From Candidatus Gottesmanbacteria bacterium GW2011_GWA2_43_14 (GTDB lineage Bacteria; Patescibacteriota; Microgenomatia; 2-02-FULL-39-11): a stretch of DNA of 64,000 nt. Positions 8,539 to 18,508 of this stretch are shown here, piece by piece; position 1 is the first letter of the stretch; each line of letters begins with the position of its first letter. The stretch lies in assembly GCA_000999095.1 (NCBI GenBank), contig LCFP01000005.1, positions 36,945 through 100,944 on the forward strand, read 5' to 3'. Below the pieces are notes generated by a model. The model did no database searches, was not told where the DNA came from, and was given only the letters and a program-made list of their open reading frames with translations. The translations under genes and the position numbers were made by a program.

Positions 8539-8973
8539 ATGAATCCGGAAGCCCCGCAACCGACAAACAATAAATTTCTTTTAACAGAAGCTGTATTCAA
8601 CATCGGTGAACATTTTTTGGCTGAGATGCCTGTAGATCAAGAAGGACAAATAGCAGGGAAGCCTGACTTATTAGATATGGTGACTTTAATGTTTTATAGG
8701 GCAGGAAGAGACGCACAAGGATTATTGGGTCAACCTGAATATACTGACAATATTCCCGATTTTAAACGGATAATAGAGGAATCAGTAAGGGTATTAGATG
8801 AAAGGTTATTGGACAGTTATATTAAAAAACATAATCCGGGTCTGAATCGACCTTCCATTCTTGATTTATTGAAAAACCCCAAAAATTTTCATGAGAGAAT
8901 CGGTGAATTAGAGCGGCAAGATGAACTGATTATGGGAATGATTAAATTTGTCAGGGAACACAAACAGAAATAA
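8539..8973 (+). CDS. Hypothetical protein
   Basis: 144-aa ORF with no recognisable motifs; lower GC than its neighbours. Confidence 0.4.
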   Translation: MNPEAPQPTNNKFLLTEAVFNIGEHFLAEMPVDQEGQIAGKPDLLDMVTLMFYRAGRDAQGLLGQPEYTDNIPDFKRIIEESVRVLDERLLDSYIKKHNPGLNRPSILDLLKNPKNFHERIGELERQDELIMGMIKFVREHKQK

Positions 8974-9283
8974 GCATATGGTAAAATTCAACGGTCAACA
9001 ACATGTTGTACGATATATTACAATAGTTATTAAGTCAAAAACTAATTTATATATTCCTGAACATTTGAATTAGAATATTAAGTTAACCACTAGAATTCTC
9101 ATTAAAAACAAGGATTTATATTGGCGTCGGAATTATAGATTTTATAGGGCAAGTTGCGTTTATTGACAGCGTACGATATACTTCCGGCTTAGTAGGTCTT
9201 AGTAATCCACGGTAACCTCGGTAATTTAATACTAGGAATCCTGGAAACAAGAGACCCTTTATTAAAAGGAGGTGAATTCCAGG

Positions 9284-9577
9284 ATGTCAGATGCAGCTCT
9301 TCAAGATCAAACACTAGTCTGCCGTGATTGCGGCAACCAGTTTGTGTGGACAGCCGGAGAACAGGAGTTTTATAAGCAAAAAGGCTTCGAAAACCCGCCG
9401 GCCCGTTGTCCTGACTGCAGGACCAAAAAAAAGTCAGAGAAAATGGCCAACAGACAGATGACCAAAATCACCTGTTCCAATTGCGGCAAGGAAGACGAAG
9501 TCCCGTTCGTTCCCAGAAAGGGAACAGGCGTGCTTTGTCGGGAATGTTTTTCAAAACAACGAGACGCACAAGTTTAA
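9284..9577 (+). CDS. Duplicated CxxC...CxxC zinc-ribbon protein
   Basis: Two repeats of C-x2-C...C-x2-C (CRDCGNQFVWTAGEQEFYKQKGFENPPARCPDCR and CSNCGKEDEVPFVPRKGTGVLCRECF). RBS AAAGGAGG lies 11 nt upstream of the ATG at 9284; the track's GTG start at 9272 is less likely. Confidence 0.6.
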   Translation: MSDAALQDQTLVCRDCGNQFVWTAGEQEFYKQKGFENPPARCPDCRTKKKSEKMANRQMTKITCSNCGKEDEVPFVPRKGTGVLCRECFSKQRDAQV

Positions 9578-9603
9578 ATAGAATCGGATATTAAAAAATT
9601 AAA

Positions 9604-9629
9604 CCCCGCTTTTACCGGCGGGGTTTTAG
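9604..9629. terminator. Bidirectional rho-independent terminator shared by convergent genes
   Basis: Hairpin CCCCGC-n8-GCGGGG flanked by A-run/T-run on both sides. It overlaps the last three codons (PRR*) of the minus-strand gene. Confidence 0.6.
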
Positions 9630-11876
9630 TTTATAGATAACAAGAGATAAAGCAGCCGTGATTTCCAGAATAAGCAAAAAAACCTTTAAAGGCATAGGCC
9701 GGTGGACAACTTCGATGCGGTGGCGGCCGGGCGGAGCTTTGACGGCCACATAGTAGGGGAAGACGGCGAATTTCTCGGTTTCCGCTCCGTCCAGATATGT
9801 CCGCCAGTTAGGATGGTAGCTTGATTTGAACATGATAAAACAGCTTCGGCAGCCGGCCGGCACTTCGACGTCGGCGGAATAAGTCTGTTTGTCGACTTTT
9901 TCGGAGATGAGGCGTCCTGAGGGAGTTGATTCGGGAAAAACGAAGGGAAAGTCGGAGAAAATATTTTTTTCAGCCCCGTTTTCCTCGTAGGTCACCTCAT
10001 TGACCATTTTAATTCGGCGCTCCATTCCTTCCGGAATATAAGGATTTTTATCAACACTGATAAGGGGATGCATTTTCCAGGTGCGGGGATAGCCGCGGTG
10101 CCAGAGATGGACGATATTGATGAAATCTGTTTTGCCGGTCTCCACAAACATGGGGGAAGTAACCACTTCAAACCAGCCTCCGGTTGGCACTTCAAAAACT
10201 TTGAAAGGTCCGAATTCCTTTGTCAGTTTTGCTTCAGGCGGGAAGTTTTTGTTTTCGGGCGCCACAATATATCGGGAATTCAGAAGGCCATAATCAGCCG
10301 CCACCCTTTCGTCAAAGTTCTGGTCGTTCTCGCTCATCATCGACCATGTCTCCGGCAGGAATTGGGTAATGTCCATGCCGAATACACTCAGAAGCATATA
10401 AATCTGACTGGAACCGAGACGGAAATCATGTCCCCAATTGCCGGGACGGCCGGCATAAATCCTGGTTGCCGGCAGGTTTTTGAGATATGACAACATGTTT
10501 TGGAAATTCTTTTCGTCATAGCGGTAAGCGGAATTGGCCTCACCGATCCAGCGGCTGTTCAGGGAGTTATATTTAAAGGTTTGTCCGGCTGTTAAATAAA
10601 AAATAACGGCTGAAACGGTTAGAAATAAAACCTGCGGCAGGAAGCGGACTTGCGGAAACTCGGGTTCCAGACGGGGATATCTTTTTTTAAGCCCGTCCGC
10701 AATTTGATTAAAAAGGTGTAAAAAACCGTTAACGGTCCCGGCAATCAAAAACAGGGAGCCGATATGGACACCGACGATAAAGCGGTGCAAGTGGAAATCG
10801 CTTAAGCCCGGTACCAGGTCGATAAGTCCCCCCCAGGTTGTACGGCCGAAATATAAAAGCATCATAACTGAAAAAGCCAGGGCAAAGACAAACATATTAG
10901 TATCGAGAAGGATTAAAAAAAAGCCGAAAAGGGTCAGATAAGTGATTACAGGAGCCCTCTGCCAGTCAAAAGTTTGTCCGGCCAGGAATTGTTTGGCGGT
11001 TTCATACCAGCCGTATGAATCAAATTTCCAAAGCGGATCCCAGAAGGAAATTATATGGTAATTGTTGTAAAGGAGAATGGGGATTATCCAGTAGGACAGA
11101 ATAAATATTAAGGCAAAAAAGATGAACATCAATTTTTTCAGCCTGGCCAAAAGCTGCCGTTTGTTTAAATCTAAAAAGATGAAAGGGGAAATAAAGATAA
11201 GAGAAATGATGCCCATGCCCAGATGACCGGCAGTTGTCAAAACCAGGAAAAGCACGGCCAAAAGGGTATTTTTATTGACAAGACCCGCAGTTTTAAACGA
11301 TTTAAAACTGTAGGCCAATGCCAGGGGCATGAAAGTCATGGCGTAAAGCTGGGAAGTCAGCCCATAACCTCGCCAGAGAAAACTGGGCGGATCGATGCCG
11401 TAGAGGCCGTCGGTTGAATAGTGGGAGGCAAGTATTGCCACAACTGCAGAAACAATCGGAGTAAAACCAGCAATTCTTAAAGCGAGAAAAACCGGCAGGG
11501 GAAAGAGGGCCAGCAGCAAATATTTAGTCCAATTGTAATATTCAAAAAGGCTAACAGCCTGACCTATAAGCGAAGTCAAAGGATAAATAAGCAGTTTATG
11601 GGAGGCGACGATGACGATTTGAGGCAGATGGGAATAATAAAATGGCAGGGCATACCCCTCCGCCCAGTAGGTGACGTTGTGGTCGACCAGATTGGGCAAA
11701 CAGGCAAGGCTTATCGGACAGCCGTAGTTTTCCCAGACCCAATTGGTCCTGTTTACAAGTGAATACTGGAATATATTATCGTTGGGATCCCCGAGGATTT
11801 GCGTTTCCGGGAAATAAAGGTAGAGGTTTAGAATGACGGCCAGGGCTACAATTGCAAAACTTAAGATTTTTTTCAT
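9612..11876 (-). CDS. Large polytopic membrane protein with ~300-aa C-terminal extracytoplasmic domain; possible glycosyltransferase (YfhO/GT-C-like)
   Basis: 754 aa from MKKILSF at 11876, the ATG 1 nt after the upstream gene's stop. More than 10 predicted TM helices followed by a soluble domain. Family assignment is uncertain. Confidence 0.55.
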   Translation of the reverse strand: MKKILSFAIVALAVILNLYLYFPETQILGDPNDNIFQYSLVNRTNWVWENYGCPISLACLPNLVDHNVTYWAEGYALPFYYSHLPQIVIVASHKLLIYPLTSLIGQAVSLFEYYNWTKYLLLALFPLPVFLALRIAGFTPIVSAVVAILASHYSTDGLYGIDPPSFLWRGYGLTSQLYAMTFMPLALAYSFKSFKTAGLVNKNTLLAVLFLVLTTAGHLGMGIISLIFISPFIFLDLNKRQLLARLKKLMFIFFALIFILSYWIIPILLYNNYHIISFWDPLWKFDSYGWYETAKQFLAGQTFDWQRAPVITYLTLFGFFLILLDTNMFVFALAFSVMMLLYFGRTTWGGLIDLVPGLSDFHLHRFIVGVHIGSLFLIAGTVNGFLHLFNQIADGLKKRYPRLEPEFPQVRFLPQVLFLTVSAVIFYLTAGQTFKYNSLNSRWIGEANSAYRYDEKNFQNMLSYLKNLPATRIYAGRPGNWGHDFRLGSSQIYMLLSVFGMDITQFLPETWSMMSENDQNFDERVAADYGLLNSRYIVAPENKNFPPEAKLTKEFGPFKVFEVPTGGWFEVVTSPMFVETGKTDFINIVHLWHRGYPRTWKMHPLISVDKNPYIPEGMERRIKMVNEVTYEENGAEKNIFSDFPFVFPESTPSGRLISEKVDKQTYSADVEVPAGCRSCFIMFKSSYHPNWRTYLDGAETEKFAVFPYYVAVKAPPGRHRIEVVHRPMPLKVFLLILEITAALSLVIYKLKPRR

Positions 11877-11877
11877 G

Positions 11878-13656
11878 TTATTTATATAAAACAGGATTAA
11901 ACCAGTCGGCATGGTCGCCGTTGATGCCGTCACCGGCGTCTGTCACTTTCAAGCCTATATACCTGATGCCGCTGATTGAAACTTCAATATGCTGCGGAAA
12001 GTCAAAACGGCCCATTTTGTTACTTTCGAACAATAATTTTCCATCCCCGTAAATTTGAAATACGGCTGTAGCCTGGGTAGGCGCTTCAGTATCGATGCCG
12101 TAATCTGTCGATAATTTGCTGAATTTGCGGTTGAGATCAAAAACCAGATTGGAATTGGCATGGGTGCCGAACCCTTTGCGGTAATAGAAATAACTGCTTG
12201 AGAGCCTGCTCCATTTTTTCCAGCCTTCAAAAGAATTAACCGAACGGTTGACCTGGAGGGAGCCGTAATCCTGCTGGATCATGATGGGTTTAAAGGAAGT
12301 CAGGGACATTTTTCCTCCGGCAATGTATGACAGGTGGCTGGCGATAATCAAAAGAAGAAAGGCAGCTGCCGCAGCCAGAATATACAGGTAGCTCAATTGG
12401 CTGATAACAAGTGGCAGCATCATCAGGTATAGAATCAGCGACAGGTATGAATTTAATATGGTCGTGGTTTGATTGGTGACGGCAGTCAGAAAGCCGAGGC
12501 CGTTTTGGGGATAGTTGATGACCAGTCCCGCATGAATATTGAAGAATATGTTGAGGCAAAAAAGGGAATAAAGTATCCAGAAATACTTTTTGAATTTTTT
12601 TTCCAGGAAGGGATAGAGAAAAAGCAAAAGCACCGCAACAGGGTAACTGTATCTTTCATGGCTTTGGGTGGACAGGAGGAAAAAAGAGAAAATGGCAAAA
12701 GTCAAAGACATGATGAAATTGCGGGCAGTCGGACGCAGAAATGTCAAAAGACAGGCGATCAGGTAACCGGCGGAAAAAAGATACAGCCCGACTTTTTTGG
12801 CATTCATAATTCCCAAGACCGTGACTTTATCGGTTGTGGTCATACCTGCCCCTTTTGAGACAATCCACCAGAGATTATGGGCATTCAGGGACATCCAGGG
12901 GAAATAATCGCTGTTGACGGTCAAAAGGTTCAGGACTTGGTCTGTTTTTCCCTGGATGACAAACGGTAGGATGATTAAAAGAAAGACGGTCAGGAATATT
13001 GCCAGAGATTTAATAACGGTTTTCAGGTTGTAGTAGCGGAAAACAAAGATAAAAAAAATCGGGATAAAGATGATGTTCTGCAGTTTGACCTGCGGGCCGA
13101 TGGCAAAAATCAGTGTGGCCAAAAGAGGACGCTTATAAAAAAGAAGCAGCATCGCCGTCAGGGTAAAAAGCAGCCCCAGCGATTCGACCTGACCCCAAAC
13201 TGCGGAATCGATAATAACAACGGGATTGAGGAAAAAAACCGTGGCTATGATAAGCGGCAAATTCCGGGTCAAAAGATGTTGGTCAACGCCCAGGCTGACA
13301 AGTTTATCCTTTTGTTTGAGAAACCAGTAAAGCATGGCGGCGATAACACAATCGGCAGTTATCGCAATTGATTTGGAGGCCAGAAGGAAAGAAAAATTAT
13401 TTACGCGCCAGAAAGTCCAGTAGTCGTGGGGATCCCCCAGAAGCGAATAAAGTTTACCCATTAGGTAGAGGACATAGATAAAACCGGGCGGATAATTGAT
13501 GTTGGTATTAAAGGCTGTCCAGACGATGCCGTGGTCAATGGCGGCCAGACTCCATGATTTCCAGAAGGAAATATCAGCCTCAAATCCGGGATTGCCGACT
13601 AAAATCAAACGGATGACAAGTCCGGTAAATAAAACGAAGATAAAGGCAGTCTTCAT
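11878..13656 (-). CDS. GT-C fold membrane glycosyltransferase (PMT/ArnT-like) fused to a C-terminal NPCBM-like carbohydrate-binding domain
   Basis: N-terminal RLILVGNPGFEADISFWKSW loop and multiple TM helices. C-terminus KGFGTHANSNLVFDL...IYGDGKLLFES...GIRYIGLKVTDAGDGINGDHADWFNPVL matches NPCBM (GH98-associated CBM) signatures. Confidence 0.65.
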   Translation of the reverse strand: MKTAFIFVLFTGLVIRLILVGNPGFEADISFWKSWSLAAIDHGIVWTAFNTNINYPPGFIYVLYLMGKLYSLLGDPHDYWTFWRVNNFSFLLASKSIAITADCVIAAMLYWFLKQKDKLVSLGVDQHLLTRNLPLIIATVFFLNPVVIIDSAVWGQVESLGLLFTLTAMLLLFYKRPLLATLIFAIGPQVKLQNIIFIPIFFIFVFRYYNLKTVIKSLAIFLTVFLLIILPFVIQGKTDQVLNLLTVNSDYFPWMSLNAHNLWWIVSKGAGMTTTDKVTVLGIMNAKKVGLYLFSAGYLIACLLTFLRPTARNFIMSLTFAIFSFFLLSTQSHERYSYPVAVLLLFLYPFLEKKFKKYFWILYSLFCLNIFFNIHAGLVINYPQNGLGFLTAVTNQTTTILNSYLSLILYLMMLPLVISQLSYLYILAAAAAFLLLIIASHLSYIAGGKMSLTSFKPIMIQQDYGSLQVNRSVNSFEGWKKWSRLSSSYFYYRKGFGTHANSNLVFDLNRKFSKLSTDYGIDTEAPTQATAVFQIYGDGKLLFESNKMGRFDFPQHIEVSISGIRYIGLKVTDAGDGINGDHADWFNPVLYK

Positions 13657-13699
13657 AAAATCAAGTAGGGTAGAAATATTCTAACAGAATCTTTCCAAT

Positions 13700-14371
13700 T
13701 TAGGGTGTAGGGGTTGCGGCGGTCCATTTCAAACTGTCGACGATACGGTCGAAGATGGCGGCATCGAGAATGCCGTTGGCCATATGGATCATCAGGTCAT
13801 TTCTTCCCGGCACTTCAAAAAACACGTCCACATTAGGAGCAGTGTTGGCATAATTGACGTAACTGGCCTTGTAGCCTTTCAGACCAAAGATGTTGGTAAA
13901 CGGGACAACGGAAGCAACGTTTTTCAGACCGGAGAAATATTTCCACCAGTTCTCTACATACTCCTGTTTAGGCTTGTTAACCATAGTTTTTTCGCGGATC
14001 TCAATCAGTTCCATGTTGAGGAGGATGTTTTGCTGTGGAGGAATATTGCCCCAGGCGATGGCTACGCTGTCGGTCGGGTCGTTGGTAAAAACAACCAGGG
14101 GCAGAGTCTCCGGAAAAGAAAATGAAAAAGGATAGATGGCGCCAGAATGCTCTTTATAGGGAACGGTGGCATCGGCGGTAAAGCGGAGGGGGGGAGTCGA
14201 TGGCTGGACTCGGCCTGTGGGTGTTGCGCCCAAATAGGTTGTGCCTCCGGGAAGGACGATGTCGCCCTGTTTGGCCAGCGAGTAACGGTAGGCGGCGTAA
14301 AGCGATCCTCCCAGAATGACGGCAGCGCCCGCCGTCATAACAGCAATTTTAACTATATCTTTATTCTCCAT
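13700..14371 (-). CDS. Hypothetical protein with N-terminal membrane anchor
   Basis: 223-aa ORF with a single N-terminal TM segment and no recognisable motifs. Confidence 0.45.
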   Translation of the reverse strand: MENKDIVKIAVMTAGAAVILGGSLYAAYRYSLAKQGDIVLPGGTTYLGATPTGRVQPSTPPLRFTADATVPYKEHSGAIYPFSFSFPETLPLVVFTNDPTDSVAIAWGNIPPQQNILLNMELIEIREKTMVNKPKQEYVENWWKYFSGLKNVASVVPFTNIFGLKGYKASYVNYANTAPNVDVFFEVPGRNDLMIHMANGILDAAIFDRIVDSLKWTAATPTP

Positions 14372-14399
14372 TTTTTATGATAAAATTTTAGCATTTCCA

Positions 14400-16043
14400 A
14401 TGGATAAGTCCAAGCAGATTAATCTCATACTTTTTATATCAGCAGTTGCTTTTACCCTGTTTTCCATGTTTCCGTCGTTTTTTGAATTAGCCACAAGGGA
14501 AAAGCTTCCGCCTCACCGTTATTTCACTTTGGAACACAATTATTTATTTGACTACAATTTCTATTTGTCCAGAATCAGGCAGGGGATGGAGGGAAAATGG
14601 CTCGTTACAGAGAAATATTTTAACCGGACGCACCAGGAAAGCCTTTTTCAGATAGTTTATTTGTATTTTGGCAAACTGGGAGGATTATTCCGACTTGAGC
14701 CTGCGGCTGTTTATCATTTGTCCCGGGCAGTTTTCGGTTTGGCTTTGCTTTTGACAACCGTCAAATTCGGCAGGCGGTATTTGAGCGGCAAATATCTTCT
14801 CCTGTTTTTTCTTTTCGCCACAACCAGCGGAAGCTGGCCGATTTTAGTAACCAGCGGTGGCTTTTACCGCTTCGCCACCTATATGGGCTGGTGGTCGGTC
14901 ATCGACAGTCTTCAGCGCATAACCATTATGCCCCATATTTTGATCGGGCAGCTGTTTTTGATCCTCTTTATTCTCAAATTTTCGGAGCCGCATAAAACCG
15001 GACTCAAACAGATTTTCCTCTGGGGTTTGTTGGGAAATGCGGCCGGGATCATTTTCCCCCCTACTTTAATCATCTGTTTTGCCTTTTTTGCCGTTCAGTC
15101 GTTAATGGAGCTTTTGGGCAGCCATAAAATTCTTTTGAAACCGTTCATCCAAAAAAATCTGCTGCCGCGGTTTGTTTTTGCTTTGACAATCCTGCCTTCA
15201 CTGGTATACCTGCAGCTGATGTTTAAAGTTATGCCCTGGTCGGCCCTGGCTCTTTTCGACATCGAGCACCGCATGTCCATCCCTTACAGGGAATATGCTT
15301 TAGCCTTAGGCCCGATCCTCCCTCTGGGGCTTGCAGGACTGGCTCTCGTTTTTATCCGCGGGGAGAAAAAATATTTTCCGGCCGTATCCTGGATACTGGC
15401 TGTTGCTTTGCTGTTTATAGTCTTTGAAAATGTACCCCAGCAGTCGCCCCTGAGATTTACGGAAGGACTAATCCATGTGCCATTGGCTTTGCTGTCCGTT
15501 TATTTTTTCCTCAGACTGAAGGGAAAAGTCAGGCCTTTCCTGCTGAAAATTGCTTCAGGTGCAATCGTCCTGACGGGTTTACTGGTGATGGTTTCCATGG
15601 TTTTATGGCTGACTGACCAGGGCAGGGCCAAAAGATACGGTACCTGGAAAGTGCCGATTGGGGCAGAACTGGTATATCCCCTTGATGATTTCATGAAGGC
15701 TTTATTTTATCTGAGGGAAAATACCGGGCGGGATCAGGTTGTATTATCATTTGTGACCGCCGGCAATTATATTCCGGCCTACGCCGGCAATTACGTCTAT
15801 ATAGGCCATGCCAATACCCCCCGCGAAGACCGGAAGGAAATAGAGGTGGCGCGTTTTTTCAAAGGGGAATTCGGGAAAGATGAAGCGGAAGGGTTTATAA
15901 GGAGGGAAGAGATCAGCCTTGTTTTTTACGGGCCGCAGGAAAAAGCTTTCGGAAGTTTTCCGGACTTGGCTGCCGTTTATCCCTTCCTGCAAAAAGTGTA
16001 TTCCAATCCGGAGGTAATCCTTTACCGTGTACCTGAGAAATAA
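14400..16043 (+). CDS. Paralog A of a ~540-aa polytopic membrane protein family (putative GT-C-like glycosyltransferase)
   Basis: N-terminal YFTLEHNYLFDYNFYLSRIRQG motif, about 11 TM helices, and conserved C-terminal block TAGNYIPAYAGNYVYIGHANT...ISLVFYGPQEK shared with five other ORFs in the window. Confidence 0.6.
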   Translation: MDKSKQINLILFISAVAFTLFSMFPSFFELATREKLPPHRYFTLEHNYLFDYNFYLSRIRQGMEGKWLVTEKYFNRTHQESLFQIVYLYFGKLGGLFRLEPAAVYHLSRAVFGLALLLTTVKFGRRYLSGKYLLLFFLFATTSGSWPILVTSGGFYRFATYMGWWSVIDSLQRITIMPHILIGQLFLILFILKFSEPHKTGLKQIFLWGLLGNAAGIIFPPTLIICFAFFAVQSLMELLGSHKILLKPFIQKNLLPRFVFALTILPSLVYLQLMFKVMPWSALALFDIEHRMSIPYREYALALGPILPLGLAGLALVFIRGEKKYFPAVSWILAVALLFIVFENVPQQSPLRFTEGLIHVPLALLSVYFFLRLKGKVRPFLLKIASGAIVLTGLLVMVSMVLWLTDQGRAKRYGTWKVPIGAELVYPLDDFMKALFYLRENTGRDQVVLSFVTAGNYIPAYAGNYVYIGHANTPREDRKEIEVARFFKGEFGKDEAEGFIRREEISLVFYGPQEKAFGSFPDLAAVYPFLQKVYSNPEVILYRVPEK

Positions 16044-16123
16044 TTGCATGATTCAGTAAGGAGTAACGCAATTTTACCTTGTATTTGACATATATACCTT
16101 ACATATATATAATTATCATTGTT

Positions 16124-16381
16124 ATGTCATACATTGCTTCAATTACCGAAAAGGGTCAAATTACATTACCCGCCGAAATAAGAAGATTATTGCGGGTAAA
16201 ACCGGGTGATCAGGTATCTTTTAACAAAAAAGGACAGCAGGTTGTAATTGAGCCTGCAAAAAGTTTTCTTAACCATAAAGGATCAGTTAAAACAACAAAA
16301 ATCTATACGGATAAAGGTGCAGATCAGGCTGTATCAGGACATATTAAAAAAACATATGCCCAAAAAAATTCCCGTTCTTGA
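16124..16381 (+). CDS. vapB: AbrB/SpoVT-type antitoxin (VapB-like)
   Basis: SITEKGQITLPAEIRRLLRVKPGDQV swapped-hairpin motif. Overlaps the downstream PIN gene by 26 nt. Confidence 0.6.
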   Translation: MSYIASITEKGQITLPAEIRRLLRVKPGDQVSFNKKGQQVVIEPAKSFLNHKGSVKTTKIYTDKGADQAVSGHIKKTYAQKNSRS

Positions 16382-16760
16382 TACGAATGTCATCATTCGT
16401 TTTTTAACCTCAGACAGTCCGCTCCAAGCCGAAAAAGTTGAAGATCTGTTAAAAAAATCAGAAGTGGGGAGTTTGGTAATACCTGATCTGATTGTGGCTG
16501 AAATCGTTTACGTACTTTTATCTTTTTATGATTTACCAAAGGAAGAGGTTGTCGTTAAATTAGGTGCGCTTTTGGATTATGCGAAATTCAAAACAAACAA
16601 GAAATTGCTGAAAAAAACAATTGAGGTATTTTCTGAAAATAATATATCTTTTTCTGATGCTTACCTCTGTGCCTTAAATCTGATTGGAAAACATCCTTAT
16701 ATATATACTTTCGATAAAAAACTTGAGAAAATTGAAAAGGTAATAGTCAGAACGCCATGA
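16356..16760 (+). CDS. vapC: PIN-domain toxin (VapC-like)
   Basis: VLDTNVIIRFL N-terminus and PIN acidic residues. ATG at 16356 chosen. Confidence 0.7.
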   Translation: MPKKIPVLDTNVIIRFLTSDSPLQAEKVEDLLKKSEVGSLVIPDLIVAEIVYVLLSFYDLPKEEVVVKLGALLDYAKFKTNKKLLKKTIEVFSENNISFSDAYLCALNLIGKHPYIYTFDKKLEKIEKVIVRTP

Positions 16761-16789
16761 TTTTTAATAATGTCCGGAAGCTGTGATAT

Positions 16790-18424
16790 TTATTTCACCT
16801 CGTAAACGTTGGCCACGTCTTCCCGGTAAACAGGCTTCAGAATTTCCGGGTAAAGAAGACCTTTAAACAGCGGCTTTTCTTCAGGTCCCTGGAAAACCAG
16901 CCTGATTTTATTGTCCCGCAGGAATTTTTCCGCTTCTCCCTGTGTCATTTTGTTCTCAAAAAAGCGCATGACGGCCTTTTCTTTCATGGATATATTGGCG
17001 GTATAGCTGGTATGTCCGATAAAACTTAAGGTGTGGGTGTAAACCGGCAGGTAATTGCCGGTGTAAAAGGTAGCCAAGACGATGATTTTGGCCGGGTATC
17101 GGTCTTTGATAAAGGAAAAAACATATTGAAGTCGGTTGTCTAGATAGGTGTTGCCGAAAATCGGCGTATATTCCCTGATCTGGTCTTTGACGCTCCAGGC
17201 GATTGTAGGGTAGACAGACAGGCTGAAAAGCACGATCAGGATAGCATATACAAACCGGTTTACGGGAAATATTAACTTCTGTTTTTTAGACAGAGGCTGA
17301 TTTATAAATACCGAGATCAATTTCAAGACAAGGCGGATTATTACTTCAGTTCCCAATACAGCCAGCATACCAAGGGTCAGAAAGGGTATGCCCTGGATCA
17401 ATCTGATATTGGAGATATTCAGCATCGGGGCAAAGGGAAGCAGTAACAGAGGAACCGCAAACCAGCAGGCGACAAGGATCCGGGAGAATCTGCCGGAGGC
17501 AAAAGCGGCCAGTGTCCCCAGTATAGCCAAAGGCAAAAGCAGGCCGAAACTGCCGGCCAACTCTTCCATCACGGGATATTGCAGGGTTTTTTCCCATTCC
17601 AGATACTGGCTCCAGGGAAAACCGCGGTTGGACTGGGAGACCATCAGGGCCAGAGAGACAAAACCGATAATCCAGAAAGCAGCCAGCCCGAAAAGACCTG
17701 ATATCGACAAGTTCTTTTTTACGGCAAGATAAATTAAAACCGCCGGAGGCAGGATGATGAGCAGAATAAAAAGTGAGGGCGTATGCAGGTAAGCCATTAA
17801 AATTGCCGTCAGGGACAAAAAAACTAAATGGACTTTCTTTGTCGATTTGATGAAGGCATTGACCAGAATGACGGAGACAATCAGCAGAAAGCCTCCGAAC
17901 ATATGGTGCGGCAGGTAGGCAGCCCGTCTGACGGCATCCATGCCTGTCCACCAGTACATAAAGGGTATTTCAGTTATGGCACCGCTGATATTTTTGCTTG
18001 TTAAAAAAGGAGAGGCAAAGAGAAAGAAGAAATAAGCGATATTGGAGTGGGGAATTTTCAATTTTCTGATAGCGGTTGCGGCTGCCAGGAAGAAAAGTAA
18101 GCTGCCGGTAATCCTGGCCGCGTGGTAAGTCAAAGCATAAGGCAAGTTAAAGATGCGGCTGATCTTTCCCAAAACCGTAAAAAAAGAAAAAATTATGGAG
18201 CTGCGGTGTGCTTCCGTCGTATAAGGGTCATAAATCAGCCAGGAACCGGTAGCTCCTTCATTCATCAAAGACTGGTATAGGTAAAAATCCTGGACATTAT
18301 TGTGTATCAGGGCATAAGTCCGTCCGGAAGGCGCCCGGCGTGCCAGTTTGACCAGAGGGTAGAGGTTTAAAAATAAAATAACGGCAGTTGACAGACAAAA
18401 GAAGGCGATATCCGTTTTTTTCAT
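16790..18424 (-). CDS. Paralog B of the ~540-aa membrane protein family
   Basis: YALIHNNVQDFYLYQSLMNEG near the N-terminus and C-terminal YTGNYLPVYTHTLSFIGHTSYT...IRLVFQGPEEK block. Confidence 0.6.
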   Translation of the reverse strand: MKKTDIAFFCLSTAVILFLNLYPLVKLARRAPSGRTYALIHNNVQDFYLYQSLMNEGATGSWLIYDPYTTEAHRSSIIFSFFTVLGKISRIFNLPYALTYHAARITGSLLFFLAAATAIRKLKIPHSNIAYFFFLFASPFLTSKNISGAITEIPFMYWWTGMDAVRRAAYLPHHMFGGFLLIVSVILVNAFIKSTKKVHLVFLSLTAILMAYLHTPSLFILLIILPPAVLIYLAVKKNLSISGLFGLAAFWIIGFVSLALMVSQSNRGFPWSQYLEWEKTLQYPVMEELAGSFGLLLPLAILGTLAAFASGRFSRILVACWFAVPLLLLPFAPMLNISNIRLIQGIPFLTLGMLAVLGTEVIIRLVLKLISVFINQPLSKKQKLIFPVNRFVYAILIVLFSLSVYPTIAWSVKDQIREYTPIFGNTYLDNRLQYVFSFIKDRYPAKIIVLATFYTGNYLPVYTHTLSFIGHTSYTANISMKEKAVMRFFENKMTQGEAEKFLRDNKIRLVFQGPEEKPLFKGLLYPEILKPVYREDVANVYEVK

Positions 18425-18508
18425 TGTTTATTGCCTAAATCTGATTATAAGTGGTAGGATTGGCTGGTAAATAATCGCGCCAATCAGTATAAAGTATAAA
18501 AAATATTT

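Noticed and set aside
9163-9182. TTGACA...TATACT pair upstream of the zinc-ribbon gene
   Set aside because: Spacer is only about 8 nt, incompatible with a sigma70 promoter.
17346-17951. 201-aa minus-strand ORF
   Set aside because: Alternative frame inside paralog B (16790-18424), which has clear family conservation.
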